A stretch of DNA of 63,197 nucleotides, the filler included, from Chiloscyllium plagiosum (lineage: Eukaryota), in assembly GCF_004010195.1 (NCBI RefSeq). It is 4 parts of one record of this genome, joined end to end, with 100 filler letters (N's around TTAATTAATTAA, not from the genome) between each part and the next. Parts side by side here need not be neighbours in the genome. Positions count along the whole stretch, not along the records: positions 23,270 to 53,436 come from NC_057712.1; 3 more parts are not named here. One strand, 5' to 3'. The position numbers were made by a program, and so were the translations under genes. Below the pieces are notes generated by a model that was not told where the DNA came from, did not search any database, and saw only the letters and a list, made by a program, of their open reading frames with translations. Position 1 is the first letter of the stretch, and every line of letters begins with the position of its first letter. Positions 39,781-51,572 of this stretch are shown piece after piece.

Positions 39781-42700
39781 AGTCATAGAATCATAGAGAT
39801 GTACAAATCGCTCATGCAAACCAGATATCCTAAATTAATCTAGTCCCATTTGCCAGCACTTGACCCAAATCCTTCTAAACCCTTCCTGTTCATGTACCCA
39901 TCCAGATGCCTTTTAAATTTTGTAATTGTACCAGCCTCCACCATTTCCTCTGGCAGCTCATTCCATGCACACACACTCCACCCTTTGTATGAAAATGCTG
40001 CCCCTTACACCCCTTTAAATCTTTCTCCTCTCACTCTAAACCTATGCCCTGCAGTTCAAGAATCCTCCACCCCAGGGAAAAAAAACTTTGTATATTTCCC
40101 CTATCCATGCCCCTTATGATTTTATAAACCTCGATAAGGTCACCCCTCAGCTTCTGATGCTCCAGGGAAAACAGCCCCAGCCTATTCAGCCTCTCCCTAT
40201 AGCACAAATCCTCCAACCCTGGAAACATCCTTGTGAATCTTTTCTGAAGGGATAAGTGGTTTTGGCCATGGATGCATGAGGACTTGTAGACCATATGCTT
40301 GGTATCAGGTTTGTATACTTTGTTGTCAAACTCTCTGGGCTGACTCTTATATTTCTTTCGGCCAAGTGTCAGTTGTGTCACGTTTGTCGGAAGTTTTTTG
40401 GTTTAGTTATCATAAGGTTTCCCATTGTACCTGCAATGGGAATAACAATTCCCAATTATTCCAAGTTTAGTGTCATCTGCAAACTGTGAAATTCTCCTCT
40501 GTGCACCAAGATCCAGATCATTAATAGGGATCTGGAAAAGCAACAGTCCCAATACCAACCCCTGGGAAACTCCACTTCATACCTTCTTCCAGCCTGAAAA
40601 ATATCCATTGAATATTATTCTCTATTTCCTACCAAAGCCGATTTGTACCCATATTGCTGCTTTTCAGTTTACACCATGACCCATTACTTTCTTTGCAAGG
40701 TTGGATATATGACGTTGCGCATTCTGATAGAAGAAACGCAGAGGGACAAGACAGGCTCAATTGTACAACTTTTGGGGGGGGGGGGTACAGGAGTAGAGGT
40801 ACCTCTGTGTTCATGTGTATGATTCTCCGAAGGTGGCCGGGCACGTTGAAACAGTTGTTAAAAAGCCTTATCGCATCCTTGAATTTATAAATGAAGGCAT
40901 AGAGTATAAAAGGATGGAAGTATAGAAGTTGGGAGGTCATGCTGTGGCTGTACAGGACATTGGTTAGGTTATGTTTGGAATACTGCATTCAGTTCTGGTC
41001 TCCTGCTATAGGAAGGATGTTGTTAAACATGAATGAGTTCAGAAAAGATTTACAAGGATGTTGCCAGGTTTGGAGAGTTTGAGCTGTAGGGAGAGGCTGA
41101 ATAGACTGAGGCTATATTCCCTGGAGCTTTGGAAGCTGAGGGGAGACCTTATACAAGTTTATAAAATCATGAGGGTAAATAGACAAAGTTAAAAACCACA
41201 CAACACCAGGTTATAGCCCAACAGGTTTAATTGGAAGCACACTAGCTTTTGGAGCATCGCTCCTTCATCAGGTCTATCACCTGTAACTGTTGGACTATGA
41301 CCTGGTGCTGTGTGATTTTTAACTTTGTACACCCCAGTCCAACACCAGCATCTCCAAATTGTAAATAGACAAGGTATTTTCCCATAGGGTAGGGGAGTCC
41401 ACAACTAGAGGGCATTGACTTAAGGTGAGAGGGGAAAGATTTAAAAGGGACCTAAGGGGCAAGGTTTTCACACAGTGGATGGTGCGTGCATGGAATGAGC
41501 TGCCAGAGGAGATAGTGGAAGCTGGTATAATTACAATATTTTAAAGGCATCGAGATGGGTATATGAATAGGAAGGATTGAGAGGGATATGCCAAATGCAT
41601 ACAAATGGGTCTAGATTAATTGAGGACATCTGGTTGGCATAGATATGTTGGACTGAATGGTCTGTTTCCATGGTGCACTAGGACACTATGACACTAGGAC
41701 TCTAAGTGATGGTGCACCTCTACAAATTACTGATCAGACCACATTTGGAGTATTGTGTTCAGTTCTGGATATTTCACTTAAAGAAGGATGTTAAAACCTG
41801 CAGGAGAGTGAAAAGGAGATCTACTAGAATGAGACTAATGATGAGGGATTTTAGATACAAGGAAAAACCACAAAAATTGGGCTTATTCTTCTAGGGGCAG
41901 AGAAGATTAAGAGTGACCTTATTAAGCTGTTCAAAATTATGGACAACTTTGACAGGGTAAAGAAGGATATTCTGTGTCCACTAGATGGTATGTCAGTAAC
42001 TAGGGATCATAATTTCAAAATTGTCAGCAAGAGAGCTAGGAGTGAGATGAGGAGAAACCTCTCTGGTCAGAGAGTTGTTAGGATTTGGGATGTGCTGCCT
42101 GGGAGAAAGGGTGGAGGCAGATTCTATAAGAGGGTTCAAAAGAGATCTGGATATACATTTGAAAGGGGGGAATTTTGAGTGCTACAGAGAGAGGACTGGA
42201 GGATGGGACTAGCTGGTAGCTCTTTAGAGAGCTAATACAAGTATAATGAATTGAATGGCCTCCTTCTTTACTGTAAAATTGTATGATTCTAAGTCTGTTA
42301 TGTGTCACATAATCAAATGCTTTGTGGAAGACCATGTTTATGATATCAACAGCGTTTCCCTCATCCAGCCTTTCTGTTCCCTCTTCAAAATAAACACCAG
42401 TAAGTTAGGAAACATGACTTCCCTTTCAGACATCCATGCTAATTCTTCCCATTCAACCCACCCTTTTCCATGTGACTACTAATTCTATCTTGAACAAGAT
42501 TTGGAGATGCCGGTGTTGGACTGGGGTGGACAAAGTTAAAAATCACACAACACCAGGTTATAGTCCAACAGGTTTAATTGGAAGCACTAGCTTTCGGAGC
42601 GACCTCCTTAATCCCACCTGATGAAGGAGCGGCGCTCCAAAAGCTAGTGCTTCCAATTAAACCTGTTGGACTATAACCTGGTGTTGTGTGATTTTTATCT

Positions 42701-42900
42701 TGAATAATTGTTTCTAGAAGCTTCCCTTTTGACTGAACTTAAACTAACTGGTCTGTAATTGCCGGGATTATCCTTACAGCCTTTCTTGTAAAAGGCCGCA
42801 ATATTGACAATTCCCCAGGCTTCTGGCACCTTCCGAATCTAAGGAAGACAGGAAGATTATGGCCAGTGCGTTTCTCTACATCATAACCTTTGGATGGATC
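39780..42900. mobile_element. Pile of nested CR1 fragments on both strands with two PLE family-C palindromes (41187-41360, 42498-42695)
   Basis: Repeated RPHLEYCVQFW / FTRMxPG motifs; TSDs GTAAATAGACAA (41175-41186, 41361-41372) and TATCTTGAAyAA (42486-42497, 42696-42707). Confidence 0.85.
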
Positions 42901-43759
42901 TCACCCTCTTCCCACTATTCATCTCTGTAAACCCCATAGGCATCACACCTCAACACTCAACCTGCATGTTCTACCACAAAAGCTGGAGGTGTATGGTGCT
43001 TGTGTGAGATTGATGTAGCTCAGTACCGTACAGTAAGATGTCCACTCTCTTGACTGAGGACTGCTGACCAACAAGGTCAACTGCCTAGTTGTGTCACTGC
43101 ACTAAATGGCACAGTAAGGCAGGGTTGTTGTGAGCATGCAGGTGAACCATTAATTAAGTGATTGCTAAGAGACCAAGCAATCCTGAGATGCAGTTATGTT
43201 TAATCTATGAGCTAGATTCCTGTTCATCTGCCCTAAGTGTCCTTGCAGCAGCCTTTCAATATTCATTCTTACAATGCACTGTCTGTGCTTCATAAGTGTC
43301 CTCTAAGTGGATTGAAAGGTGCCGAAAACATCATGAGGGGTTTGCGAATGTTAATGCCAGTGTCCCTGGTCAAGGGGTGCCTTCAGCTTGTAGCAATGGA
43401 CCATGCTCTGATGGTGCTGTTTCATACTGAACATCATGGAGGCTATACACAGCTAGCGGTGAGTTGAAACCACCAGGTAAGTGCTCTGATTCCATGTGGA
43501 GAATTCTCAAAATCTAATTTATGGTATATTTGTTAAGATGGAAAGCTACATATTAATGAGGTGAGATGTGCAGTTAGTAAGACATTTTATGAGCAATAAT
43601 CCCCCTTAACTGGCAACTCACCGTTGCGAGAATCTCAGTGATTTGACGCCTGGAAGATGCATAAAAGATGCAGTGAGAAACATCTCCCTGGATAGGCCTC
43701 ACTGGATGTTTTGCATAATATTGTAATAAATCTCACTGTATTATTGGGCACTTATCTCC

Positions 43760-46220
43760 TCATTGTCTTGACACTGTCCTGTTCCCATTGGCCCAGCAAA
43801 CTCCCTACATACATTCAGACACAATCCATGCCCTCCACCTCCTCCATGACTGTTTTTTCCCCGGTCCCCAACGCCTCATCTTGACCACAGACATCAGTCC
43901 CTGTACATATCCATCCGTCATGGCAAAGGCCTCCAAGCCGTCCGTTTCTTCCTGTCCCTCCGACCAAACCAGTACCCCTCCACCGACACACTCATTCAAT
44001 TGGCAGAACTGGTCCTCACCCTCGACTACTTCTCCTTTGAGTCCTCCCACTTTCTTCAGACCAAAGGGGTAGCCATGGGCACTCACAGGGGCCCCAGCTT
44101 TGCCTGTCTGTTCATCAGATACATGGAAAACTCCCTTTCCTGCAGTTACCCCAGCACCATTCCCCACTTTTTCCCTCACTACATCGATGACTGCATTGGC
44201 TCCACCTTGTGCTTCCATTGGGAGCTTGAACAGTTCATCAACTTCACAAACACCTTCCACCCTGACCTCAAGTTCACCAGGATCATCCCGGACAGTTCCC
44301 TCCCCTTCCTGGACCTCCCCGTCTCCACCTCTGGTGACCGACTCAACACAGACATCTACTTCAAACTCACTGACTCTTACAGCTACCTGGATTACAGCAA
44401 CTCCTCCCAACCACCTCCTGTAAAAATGCAATCCTTTATTCCGAATTCCTCTGCCTCCACCGTATCTGCTCCCAGGAGGAGCAATTCCACTCCAGGACAT
44501 CCCAGATGGTCTCCTATTTCAAGGACTGCAATTTCCCCTCCCACGTGGTCAACAATACCCTCCAGTGCATCTTCTCCACTTCCCGCATCTTCGCCCTTGA
44601 ACTCCACCCCTCCAACTGCAACAAGGATAGCCCCCTACACTCCATCCCCACCCCCGGTCCTCACCTCCCAACAACAGCGTATTATTCTCCATCATTTCTG
44701 CCACCTACAGTCAGACCCCAGCACCAGAGGTATATTTTTCTCCCCACCCCTATCTGCATTCCGCAGAGACTATTCCCTGCACAACTCCCTCATTGGGTCC
44801 ATACCAACCCCCCCCCCACCACCAACCCACCCTCCACTCCCGCCAACTTCCCCTGCCGCTGCAAGAGGTGTAAAACCTGTGCACATACCTCTCCCCTCGC
44901 CTCCACCCAACGGCCCAAAGAATCTTTTCATATCTGCAGATATTTTCCTGCACATCCACCCACCTTATCGACTGTGTCTGTTGCTCTCGATGCAGTCTCC
45001 TCTACATTGGGGAGACAGGACGCCAACTTGTCGAACGTTTCAGAGAACATCTCTAGGACACATGCACTAAACAACCCAGCTGCCCTGTTGCTGAACATCT
45101 CAACTCTCTCCTCCACCACCCCCCCTCACCACCCCCAGCCCCACTAACCCCCTCCAAAGACATGCAAGTCCTGGACCTCCTCCTAACCACCTGAAGCCTG
45201 GAGGATGACCGCCTCATCTTCCACCTTGGGACCCCCCAACACATGGCATCAACATCGACTTCACCAGTTTTCAAATTTCTCCTCTTCCCACCTCATCCCA
45301 GATCCAACCCTCCAACTCAACACCACCCTCTTGACCTGTTCTACCTGTCCATCTTCCTTCCCACCTATCCACTCCACCCTCCTCTCTGACCTATTGCTAT
45401 TACTCCCACCNNNNNNNNNNNNNNNNNNNNNNNNNNNNNNNNNNNNNNNNNNNNNNNNNNNNNNNNNNNNNNNNNNNNNNNNNNNNNNNNNNNNNNNNNN
45501 NNNNNNNNNNNNNNNNNNNNNNNNNNNNNNNNNNNNNNNNNNNNNNNNNNNNNNNNNNNNNNNNNNNNNNNNNNNNNNNNNNNNNNNNNNNNNNNNNNNN
45601 NNNNNNNNNNNNNNNNNNNNNNNNNNNNNNNNNNNNNNNNNNNNNNNNNNNNNNNNNNNNNNNNNNNNNNNNNNNNNNNNNNNNNNNNNNNNNNNNNNNN
45701 NNNNNNNNNNNNNNNNNNNNNNNNNNNNNNNNNNNNNNNNNNNNNNNNNNNNNNNNNNNNNNNNNNNNNNNNNNNNNNNNNNNNNNNNNNNNNNNNNNNN
45801 NNNNNNNNNNNNNNNNNNNNNNNNNNNNNNNNNNNNNNNNNNNNNNNNNNNNNNNNNNNNNNNNNNNNNNNNNNNNNNNNNNNNNNNNNNNNNNNNNNNN
45901 NNNNNNNNNNNNNNNNNNNNNNNNNNNNNNNNNNNNNNNNNNNNNNNNNNNNNNNNNNNNNNNNNNNNNNNNNNNNNNNNNNNNNNNNNNNNNNNNNNNN
46001 NNNNNNNNNNNNNNNNNNNNNNNNNNNNNNNNNNNNNNNNNNNNNNNNNNNNNNNNNNCAGCCCCACCCCCTCTCATTTATCTCTTCACCACGAAGGCTC
46101 CCTGACTCATTCTTGATGAAGAGCGTTTGCTCGAAACATCGATTTTCCTGCTCCTTGGATGCTGCCTGACCTGCTGTGCTTTTCCAGCACCACTCTAATC
46201 GAGACTCTGATCTCCAGCAT
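43760..46220 (+). mobile_element. Penelope-like element: RT + GIY-YIG endonuclease (frameshifted), 3' UTR (gap) and family-A terminus
   Basis: QTKGVAMGT...HYIDDCIG...LPFLDL (PLE RT); CKRCKTC; CSRCSLLYIGETGRQLVERFREH; terminus with tgatgaagagcgtttgctcgaaac. Confidence 0.92.
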
Positions 46221-46518
46221 CTGCAGTCCTCACTTTCGCCTACATAAGAAAATTGACTAGCTCTGCACTTTGCCATTGTTGCTCATAGATTTTCAGGAGA
46301 AATATTCTGATTTTTCTTCTAAGTCATATTGATTTGTGTATGAGCTTTTTAAATTAATTTATCAGCTACAATGTTATACATATGAATTGAAAATGGTTAG
46401 AAATGCTTCCTGGTATATATCCTATTTCTATTGGATTGTGATTTAGCACAAGTTAAGAGTGAACATTGACTTACATGTGATCATTTTAATTTGTGAATGC
46501 ATTAAGGAACTAAATGTG

Positions 46519-46762
46519 AAACAAAAACAGAAATTGCAGAAACTCGATAGGTCTGGAAGAATCTGTGGAGAGACAGCAGAGTTAATGTTTTGAGACCAGT
46601 GACTGTTCATCAGAAGGGGTATTCTGTTCTGACGAAGGGTCATTGGACCCAAAATTTTAGCTCTGCGTTATCTCCAAAGATGCTGGTAGACTTGCTGAGT
46701 TTCTCCAGCAATTTCTGTTTATGTTCAGATTTTCAGCATCCACAGTTTTTTTGTTTTATTTT
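46519..46762. mobile_element. Palindromic PLE-terminus element (family B)
   Basis: Inverted arms; the right arm has gttCTGACGAagggtcattggaccc(a)aaa. Confidence 0.8.
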
Positions 46763-47709
46763 AAGGAAATTAGTGTGTTTGCTAGGAAATATGTCATGAA
46801 AACTGTTTTGTGTTGGTTAGACATCAAAATTCTTTGTTCTTGAGAAATGACTTCATTTTATGCCAGAGTAAGAAAAAAAGTTGCATGTTTGGGAATTAAT
46901 TGACAGATAGTTCAATACAATCCAAATAGTTACATTGCCCTGAGGTGAGAAAAGCATGTCCTGATGAAAACTTGCTGGTTCTTCAAGGGTTGGAAGAGGA
47001 TTTACTTTGACAGAAAGTTATACTTTTCTTGGTGTGTAACACCAGATAACTCTCAGACAGAAATTATCATGGAAGATGGGTGTGCCCCTTTTATAGAATT
47101 AACCAGAAAGAGGAGAGAAAAATAACAAGTTTAAGAGAATCGCTCAACACAAAAGAAGAATGTGTTTTCCCAGGGTGCAGACGGTTTGTTGCAGATAACC
47201 TCCTTGTGATATTTTTGATAATTTCTTCTGCAGTCACTAGTTAAGGAATGAATCCAGGATGTTTTAGATCCCTGAACCAACCCTCCCCCCAAGCCCATTC
47301 ACACAGACTTCAATTTGTGACCTTTTGCACAGTACAGGAGCCTTTGTGAATCACCTCCCACTGACATTGCATCCTCTGATAGGTCATTTGTATCCCTTTT
47401 ATGATCCCATTACTGAGATGGATTTTGGAGACTACATACTTTTGAGGCTAAAGAATTTACGTTTTCTTTGATCGATGGCTTCTATAGAATGCAATTTAGT
47501 CACATTACAATCTTAAAAGAAAATGGCAATCAGTAATAATCAGGGTATCTCTGATGTTTGCTTTCAACAATGACAATGATGTACTTCCTATTGTATTCAC
47601 ACAAGACAATGGAAAACATTACCATCCTAAAAGACTTTATTATGTTTTCAGAAATTCATGGAACTCTAGATTGATTTCTAGCTTGCAAGCATATCAAAGA
47701 TCAATACAA

Positions 47710-47834
47710 TCATGGGGAAAATGAGGATTGCAGATGTTGGAGATCAGAGTCAAAAAGTGTGGCTCTGGAAAAGCACAGCAGGTCAGCCAGCAGCCGAGGA
47801 GCAGGGGAGTCAACGCTTCGGGCATGAGCCCTTC
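47710..47834 (-). mobile_element. PLE family-A terminus insertion
   Basis: TSD ATCAATACAA at 47700-47709 and 47835-47844. Confidence 0.75.
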
Positions 47835-48745
47835 ATCAATACAAATGTGTAGATTAAGAAAGAAAGATATTCATTTCAGAAAACTTTTGATATGCTTTAG
47901 AGATATGCAGCGATAATGCACCATCTTCTGTGTGCAATAGAAGTTTTATTCAATATTTTATGATGTCTGCTGCAATGCTTACAACAGCTCACCTCAGTTG
48001 AGTTACTTTTCCTTAGAGACCACAGCTGTATTTAAATAAACATAGATGGTGAACAGATACCAGATATAAATAAACAAACATCAAACAATTCAAGACTACA
48101 TTTCTACCATTTGCTTAGCATGGATTAGTTGGACCAAAGGGTTTATTTCTTTGCTGTATGACTGTATGACTCTGTGGTGGAATTGAAGTGTTCACACTAG
48201 GAGAATAAAGGAAGGCAGTGTTCTCACTCATATTAACATATTGCCCAGCAGGAGCTTAAAGTTAAAATCGAAGCTTATTGAAAACATTTACCCTCATAGG
48301 TTCATGTTGTAGACTGCCAAAGGCAGAATACTTATCTAGGGTGATATAATATCAGGTTATTGGAATTGTAAAATATTTAAATAATCTTAAATTGAAGAGT
48401 GGCTGTGCAGGACTGAGTGCAAGTTGTGTTAAATATTTGCTGTAAAGTTTGTCATTCAATAGACCCAAGTTGGTATTACCATTGAGGAGGAGTGACACTG
48501 AATCTACTCCAGGCATCCCTTAAAATTACCTGATACTTTACTGTGCATGACATTATATGCAAATCGTACCTCACTCTCAGCGAGTGATTCCTTCACATGC
48601 TGACCTAATCTGCTCCAGCTGTTGATCTAACAACGTCTTTTTCTTCTTAGACTCATATTGGTGCAAAGTGATTGCTTTTAAATGCGAATTGCGATTTTTT
48701 TCCATCAAGCTACAAGTGGTGCTGTGAATTGATGAGTTGGATAGT

Positions 48746-48970
48746 TATACTGATTTGAGCGAGTTTGGCCAAGTGGATCTCATTGAGTATGCGTTCACTT
48801 GATTGAAGCTGTTAACAGGGGCAAACCAGGGAGCCCTGGCTGACAGATACCAACAGGAGTCTCATCACTCTAGGGACTGGCTTTGAGCTGGCTGGTCAGA
48901 GTCCATGTACGGTGCACGTGTAACTAAAGGATGACTTGGTGACGGGAGACCAGCTTGTGGAGTTGTTTCA
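48746..48970 (+). mobile_element. Solo LTR
   Basis: Ends ...gttgtttCA; flanks atagt / atcgt; homologous to the LTRs at 9965 and 17483. Confidence 0.65.
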
Positions 48971-49119
48971 ATCGTAATAAGAGTTTTATTCACTGTTTTA
49001 AAATGACTGTTCCAATGCTTATTGGAACATGCCCATTGATTGAAGCTAGCTTATCCATCACACAGAGAAAGGAAAACAGGTAGCAGACACAAACACATAT
49101 CAGACAATCAAACCATTGA

Positions 49120-49290
49120 AGACACCATCTATGACATTCCCAAGCACTTCACAACTAACCAAGTATTTTCTGAAGCTCATTTGCCTTTGTTGAACTGGCA
49201 AACATGGAATCTAATACATTCACAATAAAATCCCTGAGAGCAGTTTCAGTGCTGTTTAGTGAGGGATGAATATCAATCAAACCAGCAAGA
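49120..49290 (-). mobile_element. Deu-domain SINE 3' fragment
   Basis: cccaagcacttcacaactaacc...gtttagtgagggatgaatat, similar to the reverse complement of 2360-2520. Confidence 0.45.
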
Positions 49291-49569
49291 GAGAGGAAGA
49301 TAATTGATGAGCGTTGTGCAATTGGTTTTATAGATGTGGCTGTCATGGTGAAATAGCTGATACTTTGTGGATGATGAGAGGTGTGAATGTGAGGTTTGCT
49401 GCAGTGCTATGCATTGGAGAATGAGGGGAAACATGTGACTGGCCAGCTGTAGGCTTGACTGATGGTGATTTTTTAGTGGGTGGATGAGTGAGAGGCTGTA
49501 ATGATTTGAACAGTGTATGGAGCAACTGGCACAGTTGGAATAATAAAGTAAAGTCACTAAAGTTGCTAG

Positions 49570-49840
49570 AATATGGCATCTGAAGATGCATTTACTGAGG
49601 TTGACCTGTCATGGAAATGCATTAGTTCTTGCAGCACTGCAACCAAGTCCTCGGGGCTTAATTTTCCAAATTCTTTCCCTTGACATTTGCTTTTACTGGA
49701 TTTTGGGAACTGTGTCTGGATGGCCTCCAGTCTCACTTCAGATACAGGAAATCTATGCTCTTCTCCACCTTGAGTACTAAGACCTGTGCTGCAGCATCCA
49801 AAAGCCTTCAAGCCAGCTCTCTCTTCTGTTGCGTCTTTCC
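49570..49840 (-). pseudogene. Second Myb/SANT-like (Harbinger-type) relic
   Basis: RLLDAAAQVLVLKVEKSIDFLY...APRTWLQCCKN with stops; shares the downstream tcagtraatgcaycttcaratgccat motif with 16843-16868. Confidence 0.55.
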
Positions 49841-50144
49841 TCACACTGTCCCATGTCAGAGTCACTTCCTGTGGAAAGATCAGCATTGTGTCAGAAGGTT
49901 TAGTATTATCGTGTATGAGTTGCAGGTTGGATTTAGGCTGGGGCAGCCAGTCCTGATTTTATCTTCATGCTGCTGCACCCAACCAATAAACCATGTGGTG
50001 TTACATGGATAGAGAATGCATGGATAGATTTAGACGTCATATTTTGCTGTTAAAAATTGTACAATTTTTGTGAGGAAGAAGGACCGAAGTCATCAGACTG
50101 TGAGTGCGACTGTTAATTCATCATTTTGCCACCAGCTTTGATTA

Positions 50145-50500
50145 TACATAGTTGATTCTGCTATTACATAGCAGTTCTGTTCTTATGCAATGCCGTATTT
50201 TAAGAAAATTGGGTCATAGCAGCACTATTTAATGTGGCCAGAATCACGTTATAATGAATGCATGCTTTAAAACTTTGCACTTTAGAAAGTATCGAGGTAA
50301 AAACAATGACTGCAGATGCTGGAAACCAGATTCTGGATCAGTGGTGCTGGAAGAGCACAGCAATTCAGGCCTGTTCTCGGATGCTGCCTGAATTGCTGTG
50401 CTCTTCCAGCACCACTGATCCAGGAACTTTAGAAAGTATCCCCAGTGTGTAATAATAAATTTGCGTTAATGTAACCTGCATTATAGCAGAACGACCTGTA
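50145..50500. mobile_element. MITE-like element with a nested PLE-type palindrome (50294-50425)
   Basis: Ends tacatagttgattctgctat / atagcagaacgacctgta are imperfect TIRs on TA. The insert has a 15-bp TSD ACTTTAGAAAGTATC (50279-50293, 50426-50440). Confidence 0.6.
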
Positions 50501-51572
50501 CTATAACACAAGGTCAAAAGCGATACAAAAATTGTAAGTAGGTGTAAAGCTTCAAATATTTATAAACAAATTTAACAGGTAACAAATGAATCCAATGTTA
50601 AATTTGGAGTAAATAAAAATAAAAGTTGGTAGACATTCCTTGAAAGAGGCTGCAGACTCGATTAAAATTAAGTCAGACTCAAGTCTTTGAGCAGCAATCA
50701 AATATTACCTGTTTGAGGGTTGGAAAGGTGGTCCATATATTAACACATAGAACATTTACAAAAGAACTCCCAAATGCAACCACGAGGGCGTGTGAGAGAG
50801 AAAGAGAGAGAGAGAGAGCGTTGCAGGTTTTATTTTCACTTGCTTACTATTGTTGTTCTTATTTATAGCTGCCCACATGTTGTGACTTTATTTTTCTGCT
50901 GCTCCCTAAGTTTGTGACCCACAAACAGGTCTGGCCATGGGTTGCTAGGCAACTGTCAGCACTGGGCTTCCATAGACTTCTCCATAAACCTTCCAAGTTT
51001 CCTGCACACAGTCCAACATTTTATGATCTTTTCCAGACAATCCATAGATATAAATATGTATTGCCAACAATATAAAAGTGTTTAAATTTCCAAAACCATT
51101 TTGTCAAGCGTCCCATATTAAAATTCTTGCTCAAGAGAGTATTGCACATCACTGGGGATAATACATGATTTGTCGAATAGATTGAATAACAAACCAGAAA
51201 TGGAAAATCAGGATAACGATACATTGACTAGTGAAGGAGCACAGGAGCTATAGTTGAGACTTGAAAAATTCAGAATACATATTAATGTCTGAGATGAAGG
51301 GATGCTGGTGTGTTTTGCAAAACAAAATTCTAATGATAACATCATTAGGAGAAGCCTATGTGAGATTGAAAGGGATAGAGATAGGTTAAATGAGTGGCGT
51401 AAATTTGGCCAGTGGAGTATAACGTGGAAAAATGTATGGTTGTCAACTTTGACAAGAAAAATAGAAAAGCAGAGTATTATTTACATGGATAGAGGATGTT
51501 GTGGTACAGACGTATCTGGGCAGTCCCATACATGAATCACAAAACGTTTGCAAGCAGGTAACTAGGAAGGCC

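Noticed and set aside
44000..45070. 356-aa ORF as an intact protein
   Set aside because: Only the first ~135 aa are PLE RT; the Pro/Ser-rich remainder is largely off-frame and the GIY-YIG motif lies in another frame.
45205..46276. Long ORFs of 225-303 aa
   Set aside because: They are artefacts of reading through an N gap.
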